Position numbers and translations under genes: made by a program. Under the pieces are notes generated by a model. It did not search any database and was not told where the DNA came from. It saw only the letters and a program-made list of their open reading frames with translations. A stretch of 64,000 bases of DNA from Okamejei kenojei (lineage: Eukaryota): NCBI GenBank assembly GCA_035221665.1, contig CM069163.1:15748001-15812000 (forward strand), read 5' to 3'. Positions 23,047 through 36,531 of this stretch are shown piece after piece; within the stretch, counting starts at the first letter, position 1; each line of letters starts with the position of its first letter.

Positions 23047-24214
23047 GAAATTGGAATTGGGAAAGCTGAGAACCTTTATCCAGTGAATGTGCAGCCTTCT
23101 CAATTGCTGTTTGAAATTGGAACAGCATCTAGGTATCAGTATCTCCGTTGTAATGTGCAGGAGAACCATTCCTCATTAATATATGGATCAAATGTTGCTG
23201 AGGGTACCTATCGCTGAGTCACTTTGAAGATACAAAAAAACACCATCACTGCCAGCTGCAAATAATTTCACTACTGGTACTTCATGGAGAGAAACTCCTT
23301 TCTACTTTTTTCTCAAAGGCTCACAGACTGGTCAGAGCACAGTTCAGATGGAAAATAACCTTCCTTTATGACGTCTCGTCAAACATTCCCAGCTGAATTC
23401 AAGTGCACCTTCAACAATGACTATAAACAGTCCCGTTTGACATTCTCATGTCTGGTGCTCCATTAGACGAGGGGTGAAAAATTCCTCCATAATGTCCCAC
23501 CTGTACGCAGAGTGCAGAAGTGGCATGGATTATTTTCTAAGTAAAGCTCTCAATAATTGTTGATCAGAGAGCAATGACTGTCATGTGTACTAGCTGCCAC
23601 TGGCTTAAGGAGCATTCTAAATATCTCACCAATGCATAACATTTGTTGTGACGCATGTCATTACAGCAAATGATTAGTCATGAAGAATAATAAATGTAAA
23701 TTTTGTGCCTAAACTTTGTTCTTCTCATTACTCCAATGCAAGCAATTGCTTTATTTCAGTGTGTGTGTGCTGCAATGAGTAAGCTGTATCCTGGTGAAAT
23801 ATTGATCTTTTATCAATGATTGCTGTTCTAGCCATTTTTAGGAATAATAATCTGAGTAAGTGGATTTGAGTGCCAGATATCGTTGCTGCTGAACTGATGG
23901 TGGCTCAGCTTTACTGTATTTAATGGAGAAGAATCCAAAGAACTCCATCCTATTTCCTCTGGCTGGATACTGGTGCCAATGTTGATGTGCTAACCATTAT
24001 ACACTGGCCAATGCTGCTCAGTTTTAAAATTCAACATTTGTTTTGAATTTCTTTAGTATATTTCTTCCCCACGTTTGCAAAACTTTAGATTAAATTGATT
24101 GAAATGCGCTTCATGATTGGCATATCCAGAATAATCGCTGGTGGTTAAAATTGCACTTCTGAGTTACTCATTACCTTTGAGTTACAAGCCCAGCAAATTA
24201 ACTACTGCATCACC

Positions 24215-26880
24215 CCAGTTTGGGTTGGTCTCCCTTACTATTGTCTGGAGTCCTGGGATTGGTTATCCTGACAAGTTATTGTCCATCACCTGGAGCTCAG
24301 TTAGCCTGTCTTATTATCGCCTTGTGTCTGAGGCTTGGTTTGCTGGGCACTGGTTAGCCGTCATGTTATTTTTGGGTGTCTTGGGTTTAGTTAGCCAATC
24401 CCATTATTATATGATGGCCGGAGCATGGCTAAGCCTGTCCCAATATTGTCCAGTGCTTGCTTACACTATAATCATCCCCAGACTCGGTTAGCATATCCCA
24501 CCATGTTGGTGTGTGGAGTATGGTATGCCCCTCCCACTATTGTTCTGTATATTGGGCTGTCATCCTGCCTAGTGTTTTGTTGATACTCGTGGTTTGGTTT
24601 GCCCACTTGGTTATCATGGAATATTGTGAGCTTGGTTAGCTTCTCACCATTTTTTAAACATTTTCTCTGAGCTCAGGGGAACGACCCAGCTTATTATCCA
24701 GGGTCCTGGGATGTTAGTCTATGCATTATTGATCAGTAGCTCACTTAGCCCAGACCCTGGATAACAGTACACTGCTCAGTGAGACAGCCCTATTGTCTGA
24801 GATCTTGGCTCTGACGCCCTGTCTTATTCCCTGCTTATTTGGTTATGTTTGCTTTCCTTATTATTGGCTGTTGCTTGACTTAGTTATTCCGTTCTGTAGA
24901 TGTGTGGAGATCTGTACTTGTCTATTCTTCCCTATTATTTGGTGATCTGCCCCAAGAGCCTGTGAGTGGGCTGTGAGCTCACCTCTGTACTTTCAGCAGC
25001 GCTCAAGAAGTTTTGAGGTTGGGTATGGGACATGGAAGTGGAGCGGTGGCTACAAGGGATGAAAAGATGGATGCTCACAGTGGTGGTAGATCGAGGTGTC
25101 AGTGGAGTAGGCCATTGGCGGCCCTACAGAAGCCAGAGGATCACAGATCAAGAGCCACTGGAGGTCCCACAGAAGACGGACAAGTACGCAGATTGACCTC
25201 AGTCTGCAGCAACATGGAGCTGTGGCAGAAAGTACTGACAGCATCGCCAGGCCAACCCAGTACCTACATGGCTGTGGAAATGTAGCGACTGTGTGCCTCA
25301 GAAGAAATTATTATTTTTTTTTTACAGTACAATCGTTGTGATGTGCAACGATTTGCTTATGTATGGTACGATTTTACTGAATTGTATGGAAAACAAAGCA
25401 TTTCACTGTATCCAGGTACATGTGACAAAGTTACTATTAAACGTGAATTATAACTGCTCGGCATTTGAAGCTCCCTTTGTCTCTTCTGCTACTGCCTGGG
25501 GCCCTGGGCCAGGTTAGTCTGGACCTTGGTTAGTTTGTCCACCAAGCACTCATTTGCCCTAATTATTTTCCCACATGCCATCAACCCTTCTCATTCTACC
25601 ACTCCCCTATAAAATATGCAAAATTTACAATGGTCAATTAACCTAACGACCTGTGTGTCTCTGGGATGTGGGAGGACATCCACGTTGTCACGTTGAGTAT
25701 TCAGTGTTCCACACAGGTCTGAAACAAGCCCATGTGACTGGCATTATGAGACAACAGATCGGCTAGTTTACCGTTCTGCCACCCTGCTTTGGGCTCTGAT
25801 GCGCTACGTTGTTATTGCATATTTTCCGGGGTTTGGTCAGCCTCTTGTGATATTGGGTTGTGTCTTGGCTGACTGTCAGATTGTCCCGACCTCTATGTGG
25901 AACGTGGTTAAGCTATCACTAATTGGTTATTGCCCTGGGTTTGGTTAATCTGGAGCTAGGGTTGCCTGTTTATTTCAAAGAATTTGTTGGAAATATTCAG
26001 CAGGCCTAGCTACATCTATTGGAAGAGAAACAGAGTCAACATTTCAGATTGGACACCTTTCCTCCAAAGCATCTGCATTTCTGTTGATTTTGTCCTACCT
26101 GTTTATTTATTGTCTGCAGCTCTGCATTTGGTTGGCCTGCCCCATTGTGGTCTGATTTGCTGGGTTCAGTTAGTTGCTGCTATTGTGTAATCTCTAGCTT
26201 GGTTAATGCCCTGTGAGTGTATGGTGGATGGCTTTAGGTGCAGGTAACCTAGCCCATCATTGTCTGCTGCTTGCAGCTCTGTCCGGCTGACCCATTTGTG
26301 CCTAGTACTGGGATTTGGTTCTGTCCCATAGTACCTTGACTCTTTGGCTTGGTTCAATAACCCTATGTTTGTCGGGTGGTCTGGTTTTGATTAACTTGAC
26401 CTGTTATCTGATGTTAGTTTGGCACTTCAGTTATTGTTCAGGAATTGGTTAGACTGTGTTATAGGTGTCCTGGTTCGAAGACTGTTCTATGATTTTGTAG
26501 CCCTGCGCTTGGTTAGTCAGTCACATTATTGCATGGTGTCTAGAGTTTGGATGGCCTGTTCTTGTTTGACTAGTCCCCTGGTATTATTTAGCATGTCTCT
26601 ATTATCTAGATGTAGTCTGTCCTATATTGTCTTGCACCCAGTTATTCTGTCCCATTATGGTCCAGGATCCAGTGGTATGTTATCTGCTGCCATAATACAC
26701 TGCGATCAGTTTCTCTCTCCTATTTCTGGTACTTTCTATTGCCCTGGGATGTTTTTTAGAAGGCTCAATATCGTTAGCCTGTCGAGGTTGGAGCTCTGTT
26801 ATTGACATGCCATAGACATATATTGGCGGTCGATTTATTGGCTGATACTATCAGCCTGGCCTATTCCTGCGGAGCTCAGC
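24215..26880. repeat. Decayed minisatellite field (core approx. TTGGTTAGCCTGTCCCATTATTGTC), interrupted by other repeats
   Basis: Recurrent GGTTAGCC...TATTGTC variants at roughly 35-40 bp spacing in 24215-24950 and 25790-26880. Confidence 0.5.
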
Positions 26881-26987
26881 CAGCTCGTCGATCAATGTCA
26901 ATTATGTAAATTCAGACAATAGTGGGTCTATTCAGCAGGTCACAGAACACCTGTGGCAGGAGAAACAAGCTTAATGTTTCAGATGCA

Positions 26988-27051
26988 GAACACAATTTTT
27001 GATGAAGTGATTCTGACCTGAACACAATTTTTGATGAAGTGATTCTGACCT
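26988..27051 (+). repeat. Perfect 2 x 32-bp tandem duplication
   Basis: GAACACAATTTTTGATGAAGTGATTCTGACCT twice. Confidence 0.9.
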
Positions 27052-27492
27052 GAACTCGTAGCACTAGTTCTCTTTCCCCAGATGCTGGCTTACCTGCCGA
27101 ATGCATTCTTCACTAGGGTTGGTCCATATCCCAATCGCCCGCTCCCTGCTGCCTGCAGGTTCTGCTGTTAGTAGTGTGTGCTCGTTCACCCCCTCTGTTC
27201 ATATCCAAGTTCCTGGGGTCCATAAGTTTCAGGTTTCTTTATTCCTTAAAAACTGACTAGTTATCTCAGACATTTTGATTGATTATGCTGTTGAATAAAT
27301 GCCTTGTGCGTAATGATGTTGTGTTTCAATATTTCGGTGCTGCGGGGAATGGGGGGTGTTCTGCTGCACTGTGTCTTCCTGCCTGATTTGTTTGACTCCA
27401 TTCTTATCTCGTGTCTCTATCAATGCTGCAAACAGACTGAATTTTCAGTTTTTATATTCAAGTGAAAAAATAAAACATTTGTGTTATTACAG

Positions 27493-27540
27493 CCACTGAC
27501 GACATTGTGAAGGTGGAAGTTTGGGACATAGTGGATAAAG
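27493..27540 (+). CDS. RABL6: RABL6 coding exon 3
   Basis: ttacag acceptor, G|gtcagt donor, 48 nt; TTDDIVKVEVWDIVDK. Confidence 0.95.
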
Positions 27541-30500
27541 GTCAGTGCTCTCTTTAACCTCTTCCTAGTTTGCTATTTTGGCCTCGTCGTCGTCTCACTC
27601 CAAAATTCCAATGTTCCTACACTGCCCATTCGCTGCTTTATTTCTCAACCCTACCCTTCCAGCCTTATACTTTAGACAACCACCAGGCCTCCTCCCCATC
27701 TATCCGCATTGTCTCTTTCTTGTTGATGCCCTGTGTTTTCCATTTTGTCCATTATTCCACGTCAAGAAAGGTTCACTGGCTTATTTAGATACAGTTGAGG
27801 TGAACTTGGGAAGGTGCTATTTCTACATTTGGTTAGATTTTTCATTTTATTTTAAGGTATTCAGTCCTTTGAATTCATTCTGTTCAGGTGGTTCAGTTCC
27901 CTCCGCTGGTACGCTGGGTGAGTGTTGGTGCCTGGCAATGACTTTGGGCTTTTGGCTGCAGGGTTAATTTTGATTGCAAGTATGAGGCATTGTTGAACTT
28001 GATTGGTCTTGCGCTGTCCCAAATGCATGTTGTTGCAGTGACTAGCAAATTCTATGTAACCACATTTTCCATTTTACTTTCACCAGTTTGTCAACTGCTG
28101 CTACAGATGCTTATTCTTGGTGAATAATAGCTCTGAAATTTACTGGGCCAACACAGTCTGATTAGGTAGCAGTTTCACTGACACTGACTCAGATTAGGGA
28201 GCAATTCCATGGACCTACTCAGATTAGTGAGCAGTTCCTCCAACACTGCCTCTGAGTAGGAATCATTCCTACGTGCCTCTTTCAAGATGCAGTCTCAACA
28301 ATGTTCTTCACAGATGCAGGAAGATGTCTTTACTTAAATCCTCTTGTAATGATGGCTTTCTAAATTGCTTGCTGTTCCGGCACATGATCTTTCGGTGATT
28401 TGTATACAAGGAACCCTAGATCCCATGAAATGCCAGTGTCTTTCAATCTTCCACCAGTTGTTTTTTTCTAAAAATTCACCTTGCTCTTCTTTTGTTCTAA
28501 AGTTGGTGACCTCCCAGACTTGAACGTTGTATTCTGTCCCTCTCTTCCACATTCATATGTGAGTCCTGAAGCCTCTCTTTCTACCTCATAATTGACACTG
28601 TCATCCACCTTGCTATCTTTGGCAAACCTGGATTGGATTGCAGGTAGACACAAAATACTGGAATAACTCTGCGGGACAGGCTCGAGACCCTTCTTCGGAT
28701 TGATCTTGGATTGCACTTCATCTTCTTGAAATCAAAATGGATTGTGAACCACTGAGTCCCAGTTCCTGCAGTACTCCACTGGTCATTACCTCCCAACCCA
28801 AAAATGGCCCGGCAATGTTTTCTGTTCATGGATTTGTAATCCACACCGTGTGTTATCCATCATTGCTTGCTCAAAGATTTTTCAATAACCTGTTACAAAC
28901 TTAAAAAAAAAACGATCAGATTTATAAATAGCTGCGTAGACCTGACCCTGGTCAGATGTGCAACTTGGCGATGGCCTCTGACTTTTGTCCGTTTGTATTC
29001 AATTGCTATTAACTTTAATGGGTTGTCCATACCACAGATGAGCAAAAACGAGTTCAGTTCCACAGCAACACTTATCATTGACTGGACATTTAATTTATTC
29101 ACTATTCACTAATACTCACCATTGTGACTAACTATTGGATGATGTGGTTGTTGGCACTCCTGCAAACTGCTTTAATCACAGGTTTAGTAGCATAGTAACT
29201 ATGCAATTGGAGTTCTTGTGATTTGTCGAAGCTTGAGATTTGCCTGTCGTGTCTGGAAACTGTTTGGATGATGTTTGGAGACTTCTTAGAGGATCGCTGG
29301 CAGCTGCTTACCTGAGTGCCCACACCCTGGTTAATCCTCTTGACACACAGTTCCGTTTCCTGTTCCTGTTTGTTGAACCTACTTGTATTCCAACCCAGTC
29401 CTTTTGTATTTCTTTTAATTTGCAAGTTCAATGCTGACAGATTATATTAGGTTTTCTCTGTTTGTGATTGGTTTCATATAATACTGAAGCCCATTGATTG
29501 TTATTCCTTATAAATAAGAATATCGAATAATATTTTTTAAATTGTCATCTTGAGCTTTCCTTGCAAACCTCTCTGAAAATGGCTTTGAGTCAAGCACAAA
29601 CTCTTGATTTCATTTGTTACTTTCCTGTGCAATAACCAAATTGAACACTTTCTTGTTCCTTTCACTGTGCCATAACATATGGACAAGAAACTTGCAGCAT
29701 TAAATGTAATTTGCTGCATGAAATATAGAATGTAATCTAGTTTTTTATGTACTTATGCTTCACTGAACTGGGTAGTGCTGGCTTGCCCTGCCTTTATTGA
29801 CTGTCCAAGGTTACTTATCAAATGAGGTCAATTATGAATAAACATGAGAGAGGCAAATGCGTTTTTACATCAATCCAAACATTTAATCAGCAAGGTTAAT
29901 ACTAGGTTCTTCAATGAAGTAATTACTTACAATTAAACTCTCAAGATGCCCTGGTGGAATTTGCCATTATTTTAGATGGGTCGTATTGACTGGAACAGTC
30001 TTTTAATAAATTGGCTATGAAAGAATGAAAATTCTCTCTGGTGTCCGGGCAATGTTTGTATTTTAAGCACCTACAACTGATCATTTAAACTAACTTATAG
30101 CTGTGGCCAATATGGCCAAATTCTGCTATTGAAATACTAATTTTAATTCCTGAAATTTGCCTGCTTATATGAAAATGCAGATCCTTTGCATTGTCTGCAG
30201 GATCCTAAAGGCCATAGAATTAAATTATTTCAAAAAGTACTCGGTGGAACCAATTTGTAAGCTAGAATGCTGACTTTGGCAAAGTATCTCTTCCACTGCT
30301 CTGTGTTGCAGTTGTACAAAACATTGGTTGGACTACACTTCACTTACAATATTGTGTACAGTTCTCTTTGTCACATTGCAGGAAGGATGTAGTAATAACA
30401 GAGAGTGCAGAAGAGATTCAGCAGGATGTTGAGCAAACCACAGGGTTTTGGAGTAACTCAGCAGATCAGGCAGCATCTGGAAGGAATAGATAGTCCACGT

Positions 30501-31535
30501 CTTGGGTCGGGACCCTTTTCAGACCAAAGAAACGTCGCCTATCCATTCCCTCTACAGATGCTGCCTGTCCCTCTGAATTAATCCAGCACTTTGTATTATT
30601 CTCAAGATTCCATCATCTGCAGTTCCGTGTGCCTTCAGCAGGATGTTGTCTGGAACGGTGGGCTGTAATTCTAACGACAGGTTGGGTTTATTCTCACTGA
30701 ATGTAGGAGGTTGAGAGGAGACCTTAGGAAGGTTTATAAAATTAACAGGACATAGATAGGGTGGATATATAGGGTGGATAGTCAGAATCTTTTTATCAGC
30801 TGACGGGCACAAGTATAAGGTGACAGGGTAGAAATATAAAAGAGATCTGAGGAGTGTGTTTTTCACATTGGATGGTGAATACCTGGAGCTACCAGAAGAG
30901 GTGGTGGAGGCAAATACAGTTACAATGTTTAAAAGACTTTTGGACAGTTACTTGGATAGGAAAGGAGTAAGGGTTGCCGTCCTAAGGGCGACAAGTATGT
31001 TTTACGTAAGCAATCTAGACAATGTGACTGAAGGGGGCCGTTTCTGTGCAGCAGTTTTCTATGATTATGTGAAAAGGAATATGGGACCATATTTAATAAC
31101 ATTTATCTGGGGATTGTTCAGAGTGTTGAGTTGTGGAATTGGATGAGTGAGTCAGTAAGCATGGCTCAAATGATGATTAATTTGAGTCTCTAACTTTGAG
31201 AAAACGAGGGGGCATTTGTTTAAAGTGAGAAGAGAAAGATTTAATAGGAAATCTGAGGGGCAACTTTTTCCACAGAGGCTTGTAGGCCTATAGAAAACAA
31301 GAAACTTGGGAATTAAATGCAACAGAATTTAACGCAAGGATCTAATGGAAAGAAACTGGAATAGATAGAAAAGGAGTCCTGTGATTGTTGCTTTGTTTGC
31401 GGAAGCTACCAGGTGGTTCCTCTTCTTCATCATTCATGTCTCCCCATTGGTACTGAAGTGGTGTGCAGTTTGCTTGGATACTTAGAAGAGAATCGGGAAT
31501 TGCAATTAATGAACCACTTATTGTCCTTTGTTCAG

Positions 31536-31588
31536 GGAAAAGCCGGAGAAAAGGGGATGGCCTGAAACTGGAGAATGACCCACAAGAG
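31536..31588 (+). CDS. RABL6: RABL6 coding exon 4
   Basis: ttcag acceptor, GAG|gtaata donor, 53 nt; GKSRRKGDGLKLENDPQE. Confidence 0.95.
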
Positions 31589-32488
31589 GTAATACTTGAT
31601 TTATTGGGCGTGGTACTGGAGTCTGACCCGACATTGATTGTGGGTAGTATGTCGTAGAGTTGCTTTTTGTAATGTTTTGCAGCCGTTGTTTCCGCGTCTA
31701 CTTCTTGACTACAAAACCTGTCACCCTCGTGCAATACATAATAATCTGGCTACATTTATGTGAATTGGTCTTGTCAACATATCAAGCTGCAATTTTTTTG
31801 CTATTGGCAGCACTAAAGTCCACCTCTTTACCTCCCAGCCCTTAAGCTTCAATTTGTCCTGCCTCCCTGCTCCCTGCAAAAAATGTTGCTGTTACACATT
31901 AGTAATTCCAAGTGCTATATAGAAATGGAAATAGACTCTGTGACTTAAGAATGGGCTTGAATGACGTCTCAAAATCACTGGGGACACAACGCATTACATA
32001 GGCTGGAATCTGGAACAGAAAATAAGCTGCTGGAGGTATTTGGTGCATCGAGCAACATCTGTGGAAGCAAAGGGATGGGTGATGCCTCAAGTCGAGACTC
32101 CCCATCAGGACAGGGATCGCACTTAATCCCAAATCTTCCTGGACATAGTAGGGAAGGTAGTTGGGCACATTACAATCTTTCCTCCGTAGTTCCGTTCCCA
32201 GGAAGTGAGGCTCTGCACAACGGCACTCTTTTACTGAACAGAGTGCAGTTGCTATGGGAGGTGTGACTGGTTCTGTAGTCCACAGCAGGGAATAAGATCA
32301 GCTATCATTTGGAGGTCGCTGTCGGTAATGTCATCTACAGTGCAAAATCTTCACGTAGTAAGTTGTCCTGCTATATTGTAACTCTTTACTAATGTTCTTA
32401 AATGAACATGAGTGCATAGTTTACAGATATTAGTCGCTGAGATTCCAGGTGCACATGCATTTCTGAAATGTCATGTGCATCCTTTGCA

Positions 32489-33239
32489 TTTGCTTGGAAT
32501 GTTGGGATATAGACAGAACTCAACACACTTGAACCAGTATGATTCCTGCGTATCTGAAATACTGAATCTGCATCGTGCTTTCAAATGATCTCCAGCTTCT
32601 CTTCAGGAAGTTTTGACTCCCAGTCTCAACGTAAGTACTGTTCCATCAAGGACAGTGCTTGAGCTGAGACTGTAAGTATAAGCTTCCACAGTACACTTCA
32701 GTTCTGTTCTGGTAACTGTTCAGTGAATTGCATCGGAACTGAAGTTCAAAAACAATATTTTAGTTAATGACTGTAGTGATCCAAGTTTGGAAATTGATAC
32801 GATGATACCCGATATCATCTGTCCATAAAGCTTCAATAATTAATAACTACTGCTGATAATGTTATTCTCCGGCTGTGCAGTTGGTTTATCTTCACAAAAG
32901 ATGGCTGCCTTTTCATTTAATGAGTTTTTAATAGTGATTTGCCTTTATGTTACTAGTGTGGAGATTGGGTCTCCAAGCCTCAAGCACCCTTCCCAATGAT
33001 GGACACACTGAACAAATAAAACTTGATCTGAGTGTTTGCTTGGAATGTTGGGATATAGACAGAACTCACCACACTTGAACCAGTATGATTCCTGCTTATC
33101 TGAAATACTGAATCTGCATCGTGCTTTCAAATGATCTCCAGCTTCTCTTCAGGAAGTTTTGACTCCCAGTCTCAACGTAAGTACTGTTCCATCAAAGGAC
33201 AGTGCTTGAGCTGAGACTGTAAGTAGAAGCTTCCACAGT
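32489..33239 (+). repeat. ~204-bp near-identical direct repeat pair (32489-32692, 33035-33239)
   Basis: Both copies run TTTGCTTGGAATGTTGGG...AAGCTTCCACAGT with about four differences; ~340-bp spacer. Confidence 0.9.
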
Positions 33240-35267
33240 GCATCTGTAGATCATTTGAAAGCAGGGTGCAGGTCTAGTGCTTGTTGAGGGGTGCTTCAGT
33301 GTGATCATCCTGCTTTACTCGTGCTCGGGGGAGGACAGAGGGAACAGCAGTTTATATTTAAAACATCAGGAATACTGTCACTGTCCAAACAGCTACACCA
33401 ACATCAATAAAGCCATTGAGTAAATTCTGCAGACAGAGCAGCATCGGAAGCCTGGGTGAGGTTGATCTGTTTAGCTCCTCCTCCAGCAAACAATCATTCA
33501 TGATTAATTGTACAAACAGGCTTGGCCGGAACTGATACCATAAATAAATTACAATAAACCTTTGTGTGGAGGGAAAAAAAATAGAGGCAAAATAAATTAA
33601 ACGGCAGGAAGTTCTTCATTTCAACTTTTTATTTCAAGCAATAGACATGACCTGACAAACTTTTCTCAACAGAATGGAATTTTTTGATCGGTCTGTATGG
33701 ATGATCCAAGATAGTCAGATAACATTTTTAGCCATCTCCAAATATCAGTTCATGTGGGAAGTGAGTTCTCTGTTTTACATTTGCCGTTATTTACTCAAGC
33801 AAGGTAAATGAGCTCTAACCCATTCTGGAATATCATGATCTTTGACTTTGAATATGTATGCAGTGTAGATAGTCAAGTTTATAATGACAGCAAGTCACTG
33901 TGCTGATCTCTGCTTCTCCAAGATGCTGATGGTCCATTACAGATTTCTTTGTAGGAAGGAACTGAAGATAATGATTTATACCGAAGATAGACACAAAATA
34001 CTGGAGTAACTCAACTTAGGCAGTATCTCTGGAGAAAAGGAATAGGTGTCGTTTTGGGTCGGACTGGAGAAAAGGAATAGGTGCCATTATTCCTTTTCTC
34101 CAGAGATACTGCCTGACCTGCTGAGTTACTCTGGCATTCTGTGTCTATCGTCAGATTTATTTGTTGGTGAGATGTCGTGAACAGAGACGGGGGAGGTATT
34201 GCACCTTCAACTACTGTGCTAATTAATTAACTATTAACCCATTCTACATGTTTAAGTACTTGTGATCAAGATGCAAAGTTTGTTTCTCCCGTTCTCAATC
34301 ATTATGCTCTACACCCCATCCCAGCAGTTCAGGATTAATGCCATTCATCACCCTTTTGTATGGTTCCCACATCATCAGTGTAGCCTAAATTCATTAGGTC
34401 TCCACCCATCACAGACATTCCTTCTCTCCACCCCTCTCCTTCTCAGCACCTTACGACGCACTTGTTTTCTCACATTACAAACTCTGATGAACGGTTGTAG
34501 ACCTAAAACATTAACTCTGCTCCTCAAATGCTGTCTGACCTGCTGAGCACCCTCTGTGTTTTCTGTTTTTCTTTCAGATCTTCAGCAAGTGCAGTTTTTT
34601 GCTTATCCTATCAGTCCTCGCTCTTTTTAGTGAAGTTATAATTGACCAGCAGTTACCTACTTTGGTCTCACATCTACATTCAAGAAATATTGATCATAAA
34701 AAGACAAAATACTGGAGTAACTCAGCGAGTCAGGCAGCATCTCTGGAGGACATTGATAGGTGATGTTTCGGGTCAGGGCCCTACTTCAGACTGATAAATC
34801 GATTCATCTCACCTTTAAACATAATTGATCTGCAGCAACCATGGTCTTTCCTCCCATAACCGAAGGAAATGGCAGAGTAGACTCAATGGGCTGAATGGCC
34901 TAATTCTGCTCCTTGTATGCCGGTTGGAAGGTTAATTGGCCAATGTAAATTACCCTGAATGTTGTATGTGGTTGAATTATGGGGGAGTGAGTGGGCCAGT
35001 TAATGTGAATGTGGGGAGAATAAAAATGGGATTAATAAAGATTAGTCTAAATAGATGCTTGATGGTTTGCAGACACTTGATGGGCTGAAGGGTCTATTTC
35101 TGTGCTGTGTCACTGATTTTGTTTCTGAGGTGCAGTGCCAAACACTGTTCCCAGACCTCTGAAAGGCTACCAGTTTATTTAGTGCTCTGGGTCAAGTTTG
35201 GATCTCCATGCAGCCATAAATATTTGCTTTTAATGAGAAATAATTATCCTCCATGTTCTTTTAGAAG

Positions 35268-35359
35268 TCTGATGCAGAGATGGCTCTGGATGCAGAATTC
35301 CTTGATGTCTACAAGAACTGTAATGGTGTTATAATGATGTTTGACATCACCAAGCAATG
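35268..35359 (+). CDS. RABL6: RABL6 coding exon 5 (alternative start 35265)
   Basis: TAGAAG tandem acceptor, TG|gtaaga donor; (K)SDAEMALDAEFLDVYKNCNGVIMMFDITKQW. Confidence 0.93.
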
Positions 35360-35659
35360 GTAAGACTATTTCAGCACATTACCCCCATTGTATGTGATTC
35401 TGCGAACTTTCTGCACTAACACTGACTCTACTAACTTCCAGAATTTAAACCAAGATTTGTTTAATATGTTTAATGTTAAGGTGAATTAGATAGAATTTTG
35501 CTTTTTGGAAATCCCCACCTCCTGAATTGCCCCAAGGATATAGAGCTCTGCGTGTGTCTGGTGGTAACTCGGAGCCCCTCATGTGGATGCCCCTCGCACT
35601 CAGCATTTTTCCTTTTCCATTGTTGGCTCAGTGGGACAACCGGTGCATACCTTTGCTTG

Positions 35660-36155
35660 TTGTTTAGTTTATTATTGTCATATGTACAGAAGTACAGTGA
35701 AAAGCATTTGTTTGCATACAATGCAGTCAAAGAAAAGACTATATATGATTGTAATCAAGCTGCCCACAGTGCACAATTAAAGGATACAACATTTACTGAA
35801 AGATAAAGTCTGATTGAAGATGGTTCAAATGTTCTAAATGGGGTAGATGGGAGGTCAGGACTGCCCTCTAGCTGATGCAAGGACAGTTCAGTTGCCTGAT
35901 GACAGCTGGGGTAAAAATTATCCCTGAATCTGGAGGTATGCGCTTTCAGACTTTTGTACCTCTTGCCTCTTGGGAGAGGGGAGAAGACAGTGACCAGGAT
36001 GAGAGTGGTCCTTGATTATGCTGATGGCCTTGCTGAGGCAGCGTGAAGTGTAGATGGAGTCAATGAAAAAGAGGTTGGTTTGAGTGATATATCTGCGACA
36101 TTCTGCAATTTCTTGCGGTTTTGGATGGAGTTGTTCCCAGACCAGGCTGTGATTT
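35660..36155 (-). mobile_element. Rex-Babar/RTE-X-like LINE 3' fragment
   Basis: Minus-strand peptide IDSIYTSRCLSKAISIIKDHSHPGH; homologous copy at 59030-59490. Confidence 0.65.
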
Positions 36156-36390
36156 TCTTCTTTTGTTTTCCTTTTGCTTTTTTTCATTATCTTGGGTGTT
36201 TGTAAAGTATTCAGTACTATCTGCAATTGAATCAATGTCTAATGTCATTCATATTGAATATATTTTCTACTTTGGTCTACCACTACCCAAACACTGTATC
36301 CCCTATTCTAAACTCCACCTAAAGTTGAATAGAATTATGTACTCAAAAATGCAGGAGATATATTTATTGTTTGCTTCCTTCTTTCTGCAG

Positions 36391-36531
36391 GACCTTCAGT
36401 TATATCATGAAAGAACTTCCCAAAGTGCCTGACCATATTCCAGTATGTATCCTTGGAAACCACCGTGACATGGGAGAGCATCGGGTCATCCTTCCTGATG
36501 ATGTCAAGGAGTTAATTCAAAGCTTTAACAG
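36391..36531 (+). CDS. RABL6: RABL6 coding exon 6
   Basis: ctgcag acceptor, AG|gtatag donor, 141 nt; TFSYIMKELPKVPDHIPVCILGNHRDMGEHRVILPDDVKELIQSFNR. Confidence 0.96.

Noticed and set aside
32487-33242. TRIM / mini-LTR retrotransposon
   Set aside because: Only the second copy has TG...CA ends; the flanks (CTTTG versus TCTGT) give no TSD; no clear primer-binding site or polypurine tract.
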